DNA from: Methanoregula sp. SKADARSKE-2
GTDB lineage: Archaea; Halobacteriota; Methanomicrobia; Methanomicrobiales; Methanospirillaceae
NCBI GenBank assembly: GCA_030919125.1
Contig: CP121470.1
Span: 1,532,391-1,596,390, forward strand
DNA: 64,000 bases
Reading direction: 5' to 3'
Within the stretch, counting starts at the first letter, position 1; each line of letters opens with the position of its first letter. Made by a program: the position numbers and the translations under genes. Shown piece by piece: positions 1 to 9,634 of the stretch. The notes beneath the pieces were generated by a model, which saw nothing but the letters and a program-made list of their open reading frames with translations, was not told where the DNA came from and ran no database searches.

Positions 1-955
1 GCTCAAGAACCCCTTGTTTTTTGAGGGTTGCGAGTTGAAACCGGTTAAAGCAGAAGGCCGAGAACAGCATTTTGGTATGCACCCTGAGAACGGTTGTGAC
101 TTTGGTATGAGCAGAATGGAACACATTCTTGATGATGGCATATGGGCGTTCCCCGGGAGATAGGATTCGAGAGATTCGAGCGTTTTTGAGAACATCGCGG
201 ATACCGATCGGATGCCCACGAACACCCCGTTGCATGGTGGTGTTGAAACCTTTTGTTTTGGTACCGAAATATCCTCGGTCACGGTAGATCACCTCTCCTT
301 CGTTCGACAGGTCGATTTGCGAATCGTGGGTTGAGGCAGTTGTAACCTCGAGAGCCCGGATCAGTCCGAAGTCACAATCCTCTTTGGTATGGAGTTTGTA
401 TCCAAAATAAGATTTCTTGCCCTTTATCGCCCATGTTCCATCCCGGCTTCTTCGAGTTTTTGCAGCATCACCCCGGGGTGTATTCGTTGAAGCATGACCG
501 GGCTCTGAGGTGATGAAAGTCGCATCCTGAATGGTGCCTTTTTTGATTTTCAGACATTGTGCATCGAGTTGTCGCTGGAGCTCATCCCAAATAGCCTTAT
601 CCTTTCCGGTCTTTGCCAACCGCTCCCGGAAATACCAGACGGTGGTCTGATCCGGGACCTTGTTAGGATACCCGAGGAATTTCATAAATGATATGCGATC
701 ATTGGCCTGACGCTCAAGTTCGGGATCGGACAGGCTGTACATCGACTGGAGTACCAGCATCTTAACCATGAGAACGATATCAATATTCGGTCGACCGCCC
801 TCTTCGGTCTGGTTTCGATACAGACCTCCCACTACCGTCAGAATCCTCTCCCAATTGATTAATGTCGAAAATCCATCAAGCCGATCCCCGAGTCGTTTGA
901 TACTCTCATACCGCTTCTCGAGCGCAAAATCAACCAGATTTTCCATACTCGTCAT
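1..955 (-). CDS. IS5-family DDE transposase (last few codons lie outside the window)
   Basis: ATG at 955 (MTSMENL...); no differences seen from 8238-9215 over the overlap; DDE motifs IQDATFI, YRDRGY, GERP. Confidence 0.88.
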   Translation of the reverse strand, partial: MTSMENLVDFALEKRYESIKRLGDRLDGFSTLINWERILTVVGGLYRNQTEEGGRPNIDIVLMVKMLVLQSMYSLSDPELERQANDRISFMKFLGYPNKVPDQTTVWYFRERLAKTGKDKAIWDELQRQLDAQCLKIKKGTIQDATFITSEPGHASTNTPRGDAAKTRRSRDGTWAIKGKKSYFGYKLHTKEDCDFGLIRALEVTTASTHDSQIDLSNEGEVIYRDRGYFGTKTKGFNTTMQRGVRGHPIGIRDVLKNARISRILSPGERPYAIIKNVFHSAHTKVTTVLRVHTKMLFSAFCFNRFQLATLKKQGVLE

Positions 956-1010
956 TGATCGTACTAAGATAAAGTACTACCGGCTACAGGGGGAATTTTT
1001 CAGAATTCTC
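1..1010 (-). mobile_element. IS5-family insertion sequence, copy 1 (truncated by window start)
   Basis: Reverse complement of the 1172-bp element at 8183-9354; shared sequence ends at ...cagaattctc (1010), the same terminus as copies 2 and 3. Confidence 0.9.
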
Positions 1011-1049
1011 TCTTAGATCTTTCGGTCCAAACCAAGTGCGTAAGTCCTA
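1011..1049. repeat. 39-bp terminal remnant of the IS701-like element, abutting IS5 copy 1
   Basis: 37/39 identical to 59430-59468, including the terminal repeat gcgtaagtccta. Confidence 0.8.
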
Positions 1050-1222
1050 TTTTATTTTGCCGGATTTTGGGGGCATGAGCTCCCTTGTCATGCGCTGCCG
1101 GTCTTCCCTTCAGAGATCAGGAGCCCAGAATGCATGGCCCGGAAAAATTTCTTTTCGGATTGCCATCGCAGGAACACAGTACAAACCCCTCCCCGGCCAC
1201 AATTTTTGGGGATAAAAAAAAT

Positions 1223-1453
1223 TTACCGTTCTACAAAATCGGCGACGATCCTGCCGATCTCTTTTAGGTTGTCGTTATGAAAATCATAGCTCACAAAGAC
1301 CTTGCCGGATGAATCGACCTGGACGGTGTCAAGAAGATTTGCGTCGTTGATCTTCTCAAAACGCTGGATATTGTACTCCGCTAAAATCTTACGGATTTTC
1401 CGTGCCTTCACCTGCTCATAATTACTCAGTTTTTTTGGCCTTCCGCGTGGCAT
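1223..1453 (-). CDS. Small hypothetical protein with N-terminal AT-hook-like motif (MPRGRPKK)
   Basis: 76-aa ORF with plausible globular composition; AT-rich TATA-like sequence upstream (about 1470-1490); PRGRP is the AT-hook core. Confidence 0.55.
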   Translation of the reverse strand: MPRGRPKKLSNYEQVKARKIRKILAEYNIQRFEKINDANLLDTVQVDSSGKVFVSYDFHNDNLKEIGRIVADFVER

Positions 1454-2037
1454 AATAGAGCATTACCCATAAAAATATATAAAAAATGGGTTTTGTCTCC
1501 TCAACCATACCCCCGCACAAAAAATTTCAGCGTTCTCCCGAGATGATCGCGTCTTCCCACCCCCCTGTTCGTCCCGGTGTGCGAAGTTGCCGAGCAGCGG
1601 GGAAGCCTTCTTCTGTCCTGCCTTCTTGGCCCACATCGCAATCAGCTCCAATTTCGGGATCTCGGGATAGCAGGTGTTTTTTCCGGTACATCCCGTTGCA
1701 CCTCATCGACCGCAGCCGGGAATTAGGGTGGCATAAACCTCATTTCGCTCAGGGTGATCTGTACTGGCAGAAACGCCCTTGAAGGGGCTTGCCATGAGGT
1801 CTGAGCAGGAGTCGGCGGGGCCTGCTAGCTGCTATCTCTCAACCCTTGCCGTCCGCTGTCCCACATCCGGGGTGGGCAGCAGTTTTATTTTTTCGGATCC
1901 CCCCCTCCTGCTCCCGGAATGAACCGCAAGAACCCCTCAGGGGCCGGCCCTGCACGCAAAGCCCGGACGGACCGGAGGAGGAGCGTACCGTTACAGTCAA
2001 AGATCGGAAGAGAAAATTTTCCGGCCATCTGGCTGCC

Positions 2038-3007
2038 TGTCCTATCCCGAAATCATTTGACATCAGATGTAAATACCGATTTGAGCAACTTATCGAATGG
2101 GGCTATCCAGAGGATCATTCAGCAATGTGTCAATGATAAACCCGTTGTTGAGATTGCCCGGTATTTCCAGATTACCCGTCAACGAGTGTATCAGTTCATC
2201 AACCCGTTCAGAGAATCGGGGGAATATCCGGTACTCAGGCAATCTGGAAGAAAGTCCCAAGCCATCGATGATCGAGCAGAAGAGTTGATCCTCGCAACCT
2301 ATCAATCCAACAACATTGGTCCAATCCATCTGGAGAAGAAGATTGAGGAAACACACGGGATCCATATCCCGCATAATCGAATCTATCGGGTATTGTTGAA
2401 CCACGGTCTGGTGGAGATCAACATGAAAAAACGGCAACAGCGGAAATATGTTCGGTATGAACATACTCATTCCATGTCGATGGGGCAGGGAGACTGGAAA
2501 GAGTTCGAACTTAAAGGATCGAAGAAATGGCTGATCGCATTCATGGATGATTCATCCCGCCTCATCACCTGCTACGGGGTATTCGATTCTCCAACTACCG
2601 AGAACACTCTCACGGTGCTGAATCAGGGATTCCAGATGTAAGGTACGCCCCGCGAGATCCTCACTGACAACAGTACACAATTCGTTTCAGCTCGGAACCG
2701 TGAATAGGCCCATCATAAATTCGGAGAGTTCCTTGTTCATCACAACATAAAACACATCCCAACCAGGATAAAACACCCTCAAACGAACGGCAAAATTGAA
2801 CGGTTCTTCGGAGAAGTCGAACGAAGGATCGCGAAGTTCGGTTCTGTCGATAAAATTCTTCACTGGCACAATGTCATCAAACCTCACATGAGTGAGTCTC
2901 GATTTCGATGAGCCTTATAACGCATTCTGGTACCGTCTACCCCAGGAGAGGATTCTGAAATATGCGCAGAAATGGTTATATGTGTAAAATCAATTCGGGA
3001 TATCACA
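2038..3007 (+). mobile_element. IS481-family insertion sequence, copy 1 (970 bp)
   Basis: TGT...ACA termini with imperfect inverted repeats tgtcctatcccgaaat / attcgggatatcaca; differs from 35638-36607 at 5 positions. Confidence 0.88.
2057..2987 (+). pseudogene. IS481-family transposase pseudogene
   Basis: HTH plus integrase-core motifs (QGDWKE, FMDDSSR, TDN, PQTNGKIERFF); nonsense TAA at 2639-2641 (TAC in copy 2) and TAG at 2705-2707 (CAG in copy 2); 4-bp duplication gagt at 2890-2897. Confidence 0.88.
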
Positions 3008-3142
3008 AACGTCTGGCTGCCCGACCGGCTTCGGCTTCAAGATCGTTATCTCTCCCGAAGATTTCACGAGAATTAAATAGGAGGCACCATATGGTACCTG
3101 TACTCTCCCGTTCCCTAAAAGCCGGGACAGTTCGAGGCGAGG

Positions 3143-3871
3143 ATGATGAAAGAAGAAGTAAAGATCCCGATACACTACATCGAGGCGGCCGAGATCCTGA
3201 AAAATAGCCTGAAGATCAACGGGTCGCCGGTTGCGATGCGGTTTGCCACAAAGAAGGAGGATATCCCCGAAGGGATGGCGGAGATCGACAGGACCATCCG
3301 GCACTGCTCGATGGTCAACCTCGCCCGGAGGGAAGGCCGGATCTTCTATGCCACCGGTCCAAGACACGAATGCAATGGCGGGGCATGGGCGCTCGGGCTC
3401 CGCGAGATCACCGAGACGCTGAAGAACGGGGAGTTCTACTACAAGCTCGGAAAATTCGAGAGCTCGGCCTCGTGCAAGCGGACGATCGAGAGGATCCCCC
3501 ACCTCGACAGAAACGAGACCTACGCGACGATGTACGCCCCGCTCGAAAAGGCACCCTTCACCCCACAGGTGATCATCATCATTGCAAACCCGTGGAGCAT
3601 GCTCAAGCTCTCGCAGAGCACCCTCTTCCGAATGGGCGGGAGGATCCATGCGGAGTTTGCCGGTATCCAGTCGGTCTGCTCGGATACCTGCGCCCAGACG
3701 TATATCAACGGCAAGGTAAACTTTTCGCTCGGGTGCGACGGGTCGCGGAAGTTCTCCGGCATCGATGATGCGGAGATGGTGATGGGGATCCCGACAGAGC
3801 TCCTGCCCGATATTACCGAGGCGTTGCAGGTTGTTGCCGCTGCGCCGGGATCTAAGCTGGGAACAAAATAA
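3143..3871 (+). CDS. DUF169 family protein (COG2043-like)
   Basis: Motifs RHCSMV, HECNGG, QSVCSD, SLGCDGSRK are characteristic of the archaeal DUF169 family; host-like codon usage. Confidence 0.8.
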   Translation: MMKEEVKIPIHYIEAAEILKNSLKINGSPVAMRFATKKEDIPEGMAEIDRTIRHCSMVNLARREGRIFYATGPRHECNGGAWALGLREITETLKNGEFYYKLGKFESSASCKRTIERIPHLDRNETYATMYAPLEKAPFTPQVIIIIANPWSMLKLSQSTLFRMGGRIHAEFAGIQSVCSDTCAQTYINGKVNFSLGCDGSRKFSGIDDAEMVMGIPTELLPDITEALQVVAAAPGSKLGTK

Positions 3872-4268
3872 TCCGGAATTATTTTTCACCACTCTTAAAA
3901 ACGCATTTTATTGCCGGGTAATTTCCGGTTGGAGCGGGTAATTTCCGTTCAGATTAGCCGACCCGGAAATTTTTGATAACCCGGGGGAATTAAAAATTCC
4001 CAGGAAAGCAAAAGAGACAAACGCGACCCCTTGTTCCTGGTGGTGGAAGCCTTCAAGGTACGCCTCCAGATCTCCGTTGCAAAATTTTAAAGGAGAAGTT
4101 CCGGTGATTTTTTTGCACTGCAGTAAACCATGGAAACCCCAGGCACGAACACCGTCAACGATACGCTTCGCGTAAGTGCCGGCCCAACTCTCAGATTTAT
4201 ATGGGAGTACGGGGCAGACCGGTCTCTGCCCTTCGTCACGCCCCATCCGCTCCATAAGGCGACCGGTG

Positions 4269-4556
4269 CTATGATAACTCCGCCCAGATCTCTCCCACGG
4301 CAGATGCGGTCCGGTACTCCTCATCGGAAAATCTCGGGTTGCGATCTTCGAGCTCACAGAGCGCGGATGTCTCCGCATCGCCATCCTTCCCGTATGCCCC
4401 CTCGCGGGATGCGGAGGCGATCTCCAGAACATCGAACGAGAGCCTCCGCACCCGGATGAGAGCCTCCCGGCAGACCGCTGGCGATGCAGCCGGCACGGTA
4501 TCCCGGATCCGGTTCAAGAGGGCGGTCTCATTCGGGGCTGCGCACGATGGCACCAA
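4269..4556 (-). CDS. Hypothetical small protein
   Basis: 95-aa ORF with helical, protein-like composition; TTG start; no recognised family. Confidence 0.35.
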   Translation of the reverse strand: MVPSCAAPNETALLNRIRDTVPAASPAVCREALIRVRRLSFDVLEIASASREGAYGKDGDAETSALCELEDRNPRFSDEEYRTASAVGEIWAELS

Positions 4557-5058
4557 CCGGCCTTTCCGGAAGACAAGCGTGAATGCTGCGGAGAGGACGG
4601 CCGGATCAGCAGGGGCTCTGATATCCTTTCACGGGTACTTGTCTCTCGTATCATTCCGGAATATTTGGGTCCTCTGTTCCGGCGCCACATCTGCCGCATG
4701 CAGGGAGTGGGTGTATAAGGTCATCTCCCATTTCCCCGGCGTTTCTGTTCAAAAATGGACTCCGAAGAGTTTCTCACAAAAAATGAGGTGCTGGGCTGGG
4801 GCCACGGGGTTTTCATCGCCTCATCGGCCCGTGGAGAGGCGGGTCCGGCTGAAGGCCCGGAAAATTAAAAAACCGGGGAGGAAGGGGGTTCACCCTCGCA
4901 AATTCCCCGCGTGGAAGACTGAAACGATCTCTCCGGGCAAATTTTTTAATTCCATTCATTGCCCTCTTTTTCAAGAGCGGGCACAAAGCCCGGGGTAGCG
5001 GGCATCGTGGCACCCGGCGAAATTCATGCGAGGATTTCGAGCCGCACGTCCCAACCTG

Positions 5059-5275
5059 TCACACCGCATTTACCGGGCTGTGTTTTTTGATCTCCGCGAT
5101 GAACTCCGGGCCGTACCGGTCGAGCTTGATCCCGCCAACGCCATGGATCGTGCCAAAACGTTCCCGGCTGCATGGCCGTACCTGCGCCATCTCCCGGAGG
5201 CTTCGGTCCGGAAAGACCATGTACGGCGGCACATTGTCCCGGAGAGCAACCGAGCTGCGGAGCGATTTGAGGCTA
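5059..5275 (-). pseudogene. recQ: Detached RecQ HRDC domain (+1 frameshift)
   Basis: SLKSLRSSVALRDNVPPYMVFPDRSLREMA...GVGGIKLDRYG matches the HRDC consensus; removing one T (ttc ctc [t]agc ctc) joins it to DETLFL. Confidence 0.85.
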
Positions 5276-6910
5276 GAGGAATAACGTTTCGTCATCGACC
5301 CCGGCCGGATCAGCTTCACCGGTGCAAAGACGGGGGGGGAGTTCGGGACGGCTGACGGAATCGGGAGCAGAGCGCCAACCTTGTTCCGCGGTCACCGGCC
5401 CGGGCAGCATGATCCGGTCCCTCCCGTGCAGGAGCCTGAAGCCCTCTGCGGTCAGCGAGATGACCGGATATTCGTCCCCGGACCGGGCGAGACAACCCTG
5501 CCGGATGAGATCGGCTATCCATGTCCGGTACTCTTCGCGGCTGAACTTCTTCCCACTCCCGTACACCGGGAGTGCGTCGAGCCCCAGCTCGTGGATCCTT
5601 TTAGCCCGTGCACCCCGGAGAACACCGGAAATGATCTCGATCCCGAACTTTGCCGGCAACTGTTGCACGCAGGCCGCAATCATCTGCGCCTGCACAGTGC
5701 CATCGATCTCTTGACGGGGATCGGTGCAGGTGTCGCACGATCCGCAGTTCTCCTCCTCAAGGCTCTCATCGAAGTACCTGAGCAGGAATCTCCGCCTACA
5801 CCCGGTGCTCTCGCAGTAATCCACCATCTCCTGCAGCTTGCAGAGCGCCCTCTTCACCTGCCCCCCGTTGCCGTCACGTTCGAGCATCCACCGTATACGG
5901 CCAGAATCGACGCGGCTGAAGAGGAGGACACACTCGCAGAATTTCCCGTCCCGCCCGGCCCGGCCGGTCTCCTGGTAGTACGACTCGATCGACTTCGGGA
6001 GATCGTAGTGAATAACGTACCGGACATCCGGCTTGTCGATGCCCATCCCGAAGGCAACCGTAGCGCAGACCACCCGGACCGTTCCCTTGATGAAGCCGTC
6101 CTGCACCTTCTCCCGGGTTTTTGCCGAAAGGCCGGCATGGTACGCGAGCGCCGAGAAGCCCCATCTCCGGAGTTCCCGTGCGATCTCTTCGGTCTCCTTC
6201 TTGGACAGGCAGTACACGATCCCGGCATCGTCCCGGTGCTGCCCGATAAAGGTTGCAAGAAACTGAAGCGGGTTCTTCTTGGGAATTACCCGGTATTCGA
6301 TGTTCTTCCGGTTGAAACTCCCGACAAATTTCCGGGGGTGTGAAAGCCCGAGCTGCCGGACAATATCTGCACGGACATCTTTGACCGCGGTTGCGGTCAG
6401 GGCGATGACCGGCACACCAGGAAAACATCTCTTCAGCCGGGCAAGCTGCCGGTACTCGGGCCGGAAGTTGTGCCCCCACTCGGAGATGCAATGGGCCTCA
6501 TCGATCGCAATGAGCCGGAGACCAACGTTCGCAAGCGAATCCAGGAAGTTCGGTTGGACGCATCTCTCCGGAGAGACAAAAAGGAGCCGGAGTTCTCCGG
6601 CAGCGAGCTCTTCATCGATCTTCGAGCGATCCCAGAACCCGAGGGTGCTGTTGTACGCAGCCGCGGGAATCCGCCGGGCATTGAGGCTGTCGATCTGATC
6701 CTTCATCAGCGAGATCAGGGGCGAGATGACGAGCGTGAGACCCCCAAGCCGGAGGGCCGGGAGCTGGTAGCAGAGCGATTTGCCGCCACCGGTCGCAAGG
6801 ATTGCGAGCGTATCGTTACCCTCAAGGACCGAGCGGATGATCTCCTCCTGATGCGGCAAAAACGAGGTTCGGCCCCAGTGTTTTTTCAGGAGCTCGTGAA
6901 GGGTATTCAT
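5273..6910 (-). CDS. recQ: ATP-dependent DNA helicase RecQ, ending just before its HRDC domain
   Basis: ATGGGKS Walker A, DEAH, HNFRPEY, ATVAFGMGIDKPDVR, YYQETGRAGRDG, Zn motif CRRRFLL...CGSCDTC, RQC domain; TAG at 5273-5275 where the HRDC frame continues. Confidence 0.93.
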   Translation of the reverse strand: MNTLHELLKKHWGRTSFLPHQEEIIRSVLEGNDTLAILATGGGKSLCYQLPALRLGGLTLVISPLISLMKDQIDSLNARRIPAAAYNSTLGFWDRSKIDEELAAGELRLLFVSPERCVQPNFLDSLANVGLRLIAIDEAHCISEWGHNFRPEYRQLARLKRCFPGVPVIALTATAVKDVRADIVRQLGLSHPRKFVGSFNRKNIEYRVIPKKNPLQFLATFIGQHRDDAGIVYCLSKKETEEIARELRRWGFSALAYHAGLSAKTREKVQDGFIKGTVRVVCATVAFGMGIDKPDVRYVIHYDLPKSIESYYQETGRAGRDGKFCECVLLFSRVDSGRIRWMLERDGNGGQVKRALCKLQEMVDYCESTGCRRRFLLRYFDESLEEENCGSCDTCTDPRQEIDGTVQAQMIAACVQQLPAKFGIEIISGVLRGARAKRIHELGLDALPVYGSGKKFSREEYRTWIADLIRQGCLARSGDEYPVISLTAEGFRLLHGRDRIMLPGPVTAEQGWRSAPDSVSRPELPPRLCTGEADPAGVDDETLFL

Positions 6911-7221
6911 AGTGGTTCCGAGATCATGCAGGCCTTTTCTTCTTCAGGAAAAATTCCCGCAAAAAAGTGAGCACCACCTCTAAAGAACTCTCGGAGCGGG
7001 CCGCGAAAGTGATCGCGGGGTTTTTAAAAACGTCAGAACGCTCCCGCGAAAAAAGGGGAAATTCCCAGTGACGAACCCCGCTTACGGGGTCCTTGTGGGA
7101 GCCACGGCTCTGTGACCGCCCGGCCCGATCAGCGCACTCGGGTTTTTTTATTCACAAGAGTCTGCCCGTGGAAGACCGCTTCCCACACCCTTATCCCCGT
7201 TCGCGCCCAACGTGATACCCG

Positions 7222-7765
7222 ATGTCTGATGATCTCCCCCCGGCCCGGAGCGCATTGGCCCGGAATATTTTTCCGGTACCTGGGGAGATCTGGTCTGGAC
7301 CGGCTGGTTCTCCTTTGCCGCGATGAAACAGGAGTTCCGGAACCTCCCGGGCGAGCCCGGGCTCTACCGGATCCGGGCCGGGGGGTTGCGGGGCGGCAGG
7401 CTCGCTGCCTGCCAGCAGGAGAACCCGGCACCCCGCCCCTCCCGGAGATTGGATCGCCTGGTGATCCCGACTGGATGGGACTTTGCTGGAGTGCGCGGGA
7501 ACTTGTTCCTCAAACATCGATCTCCCCGGGACCGGGCGTTTTTGTCATCAGCGTCCCCGGATCGGAGGAGATCCTCGTCATCGGTCAGGCAGCTGACTGC
7601 GCAGCGCGACTGCGGGAATTCTGTTCAGTTTGTCCCGATAGCGTGCAGGTCTCCTTAAGCCCGGTACCGCCCTCTCACCACAAGGAGCTGGCAAACGATC
7701 TCCTCGGAAATTATTTCTCGAAATTCAGGCGGGTTCCGGCCTGGCAGTTCGGGAGAACGGAGTAG
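7222..7765 (+). pseudogene. Degraded two-repeat GIY-YIG-like nuclease gene
   Basis: Fragments in different frames: EYFSGTWGDLVWTGW...LPGEPGLYRIR, then GDPDWMGLCWS...PGVFVI...ILVIGQAAD...KELANDLLGNYF; frameshifts plus an apparent internal deletion after RIRAGG. Confidence 0.5.
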
Positions 7766-8182
7766 TCTTCCCTCGCCCCGGCAGGATTTTTTTAAAATGG
7801 AAGATCCGGTTTGCCCCGGCCGAACCATCCGGATTTTTTGTTGGATCTTCCGGCAATCGCGTCCCGGCTGGCGTAAATAGAGAAGAATTTAAAACAGAAA
7901 TACCGGTGCCTACCCGCACAGGTACTGGACCGAACAGCAAGACGAACACCCGTGCAGCAAAAGTCAAAGCAGTAATTCCCATCGGAGGCGGCAGGAACCC
8001 TTCCGACAGAAAAGCACAGATCCCCCCCAAAGTTTCGCTATCCCTTACGTTTCTGATTTTTGATGGTCCGGGGAGACCGGTCTTTGCGGGAATTCTGCCT
8101 AAAGGGGTCAGGTTTTTTGACAACATCCCGGTCCAATTGATCCAGCCTGCGCCAGGACCTGCCGCAGCGCGACCACATATTA

Positions 8183-9354
8183 GAGAATTCTGAAAAATTC
8201 CCCCTGTAGCCGGTAGTACTTTATCTTAGTACGATCAATGACGAGTATGGAAAATCTGGTTGATTTTGCGCTCGAGAAGCGGTATGAGAGTATCAAACGA
8301 CTCGGGGATCGGCTTGATGGATTTTCGACATTAATCAATTGGGAGAGGATTCTGACGGTAGTGGGAGGTCTGTATCGAAACCAGACCGAAGAGGGCGGTC
8401 GACCGAATATTGATATCGTTCTCATGGTTAAGATGCTGGTACTCCAGTCGATGTACAGCCTGTCCGATCCCGAACTTGAGCGTCAGGCCAATGATCGCAT
8501 ATCATTTATGAAATTCCTCGGGTATCCTAACAAGGTCCCGGATCAGACCACCGTCTGGTATTTCCGGGAGCGGTTGGCAAAGACCGGAAAGGATAAGGCT
8601 ATTTGGGATGAGCTCCAGCGACAACTCGATGCACAATGTCTGAAAATCAAAAAAGGCACCATTCAGGATGCGACTTTCATCACCTCAGAGCCCGGTCATG
8701 CTTCAACGAATACACCCCGGGGTGATGCTGCAAAAACTCGAAGAAGCCGGGATGGAACATGGGCGATAAAGGGCAAGAAATCTTATTTTGGATACAAACT
8801 CCATACCAAAGAGGATTGTGACTTCGGACTGATCCGGGCTCTCGAGGTTACAACTGCCTCAACCCACGATTCGCAAATCGACCTGTCGAACGAAGGAGAG
8901 GTGATCTACCGTGACCGAGGATATTTCGGTACCAAAACAAAAGGTTTCAACACCACCATGCAACGGGGTGTTCGTGGGCATCCGATCGGTATCCGCGATG
9001 TTCTCAAAAACGCTCGAATCTCTCGAATCCTATCTCCCGGGGAACGCCCATATGCCATCATCAAGAATGTGTTCCATTCTGCTCATACCAAAGTCACAAC
9101 CGTTCTCAGGGTGCATACCAAAATGCTGTTCTCGGCCTTCTGCTTTAACCGGTTTCAACTCGCAACCCTCAAAAAACAAGGGGTTCTTGAGCGGATGCTC
9201 TCGACAAAAAACTGAAATGTGGCCTGAAAATGCAAGAACCGGATACATAGACCCACTCACATTGGTGCTATTTTGTAAAATTGGGGTAAGCCGAACGCTC
9301 GGGAAGCACCCCTTTCCGGTACGATCGTAAAATAATGGGTTATTCGTTACCCTC
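8183..9354 (+). mobile_element. IS5-family insertion sequence, copy 2 (complete, 1172 bp)
   Basis: Boundaries defined by comparison with copies 1 and 3 (copy 3 has the same length); weak inverted termini (gagaattctgaa / gagggtaacgaa); no target-site duplication visible. Confidence 0.92.
8238..9215 (+). CDS. IS5-family DDE transposase
   Basis: 325-aa intact ORF with N-terminal GRP...MVKMLVLQ...SDPELE region and DDE motifs. Confidence 0.92.
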   Translation: MTSMENLVDFALEKRYESIKRLGDRLDGFSTLINWERILTVVGGLYRNQTEEGGRPNIDIVLMVKMLVLQSMYSLSDPELERQANDRISFMKFLGYPNKVPDQTTVWYFRERLAKTGKDKAIWDELQRQLDAQCLKIKKGTIQDATFITSEPGHASTNTPRGDAAKTRRSRDGTWAIKGKKSYFGYKLHTKEDCDFGLIRALEVTTASTHDSQIDLSNEGEVIYRDRGYFGTKTKGFNTTMQRGVRGHPIGIRDVLKNARISRILSPGERPYAIIKNVFHSAHTKVTTVLRVHTKMLFSAFCFNRFQLATLKKQGVLERMLSTKN

Positions 9355-9364
9355 TGATATATGT

Positions 9365-9634
9365 TTACCGGCGAACGCAGTAGAATCCGCCGCGCTGGTG
9401 ATACTTGGTGTACAGCTCGCAGCCCGAGCAGAAACATCCGAACAATTTCATGCCGGTTGCCGATGACTGCCCGCGGGCGCAGAACAGCTCTGTTGGCTGG
9501 AATTTTTCAAGCGTGTGTTTCCTGTAGTTCTGGCAGTTCCTGCAATACTTCCTGCAGATGGCCCGGTTCTCTTCGTTGTCTTCGATCACTGGTTTGTTTC
9601 CCACTTCAATCATGGTAAAGAGGTTGGCGTACAT
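9365..9634 (-). CDS. Cys-rich small protein, DUF2769-like
   Basis: Pattern C-x3-C-x2-C...LFCARG.S...GCFCSGC...FYC typical of methanogen DUF2769 proteins. Confidence 0.7.
   Translation of the reverse strand: MYANLFTMIEVGNKPVIEDNEENRAICRKYCRNCQNYRKHTLEKFQPTELFCARGQSSATGMKLFGCFCSGCELYTKYHQRGGFYCVRR

Noticed and set aside
5332-5339. G8 run in recQ as a phase-variable switch or the frameshift site
   Set aside because: The frame stays RecQ-like past the run (DETLFL); the break is a non-homopolymer insertion near 5275.
1-9354. Composite transposon formed by IS5 copies 1 and 2
   Set aside because: The cargo is ordinary chromosomal genes and relics, the outer end of copy 1 is outside the window, and no target duplication can be shown.
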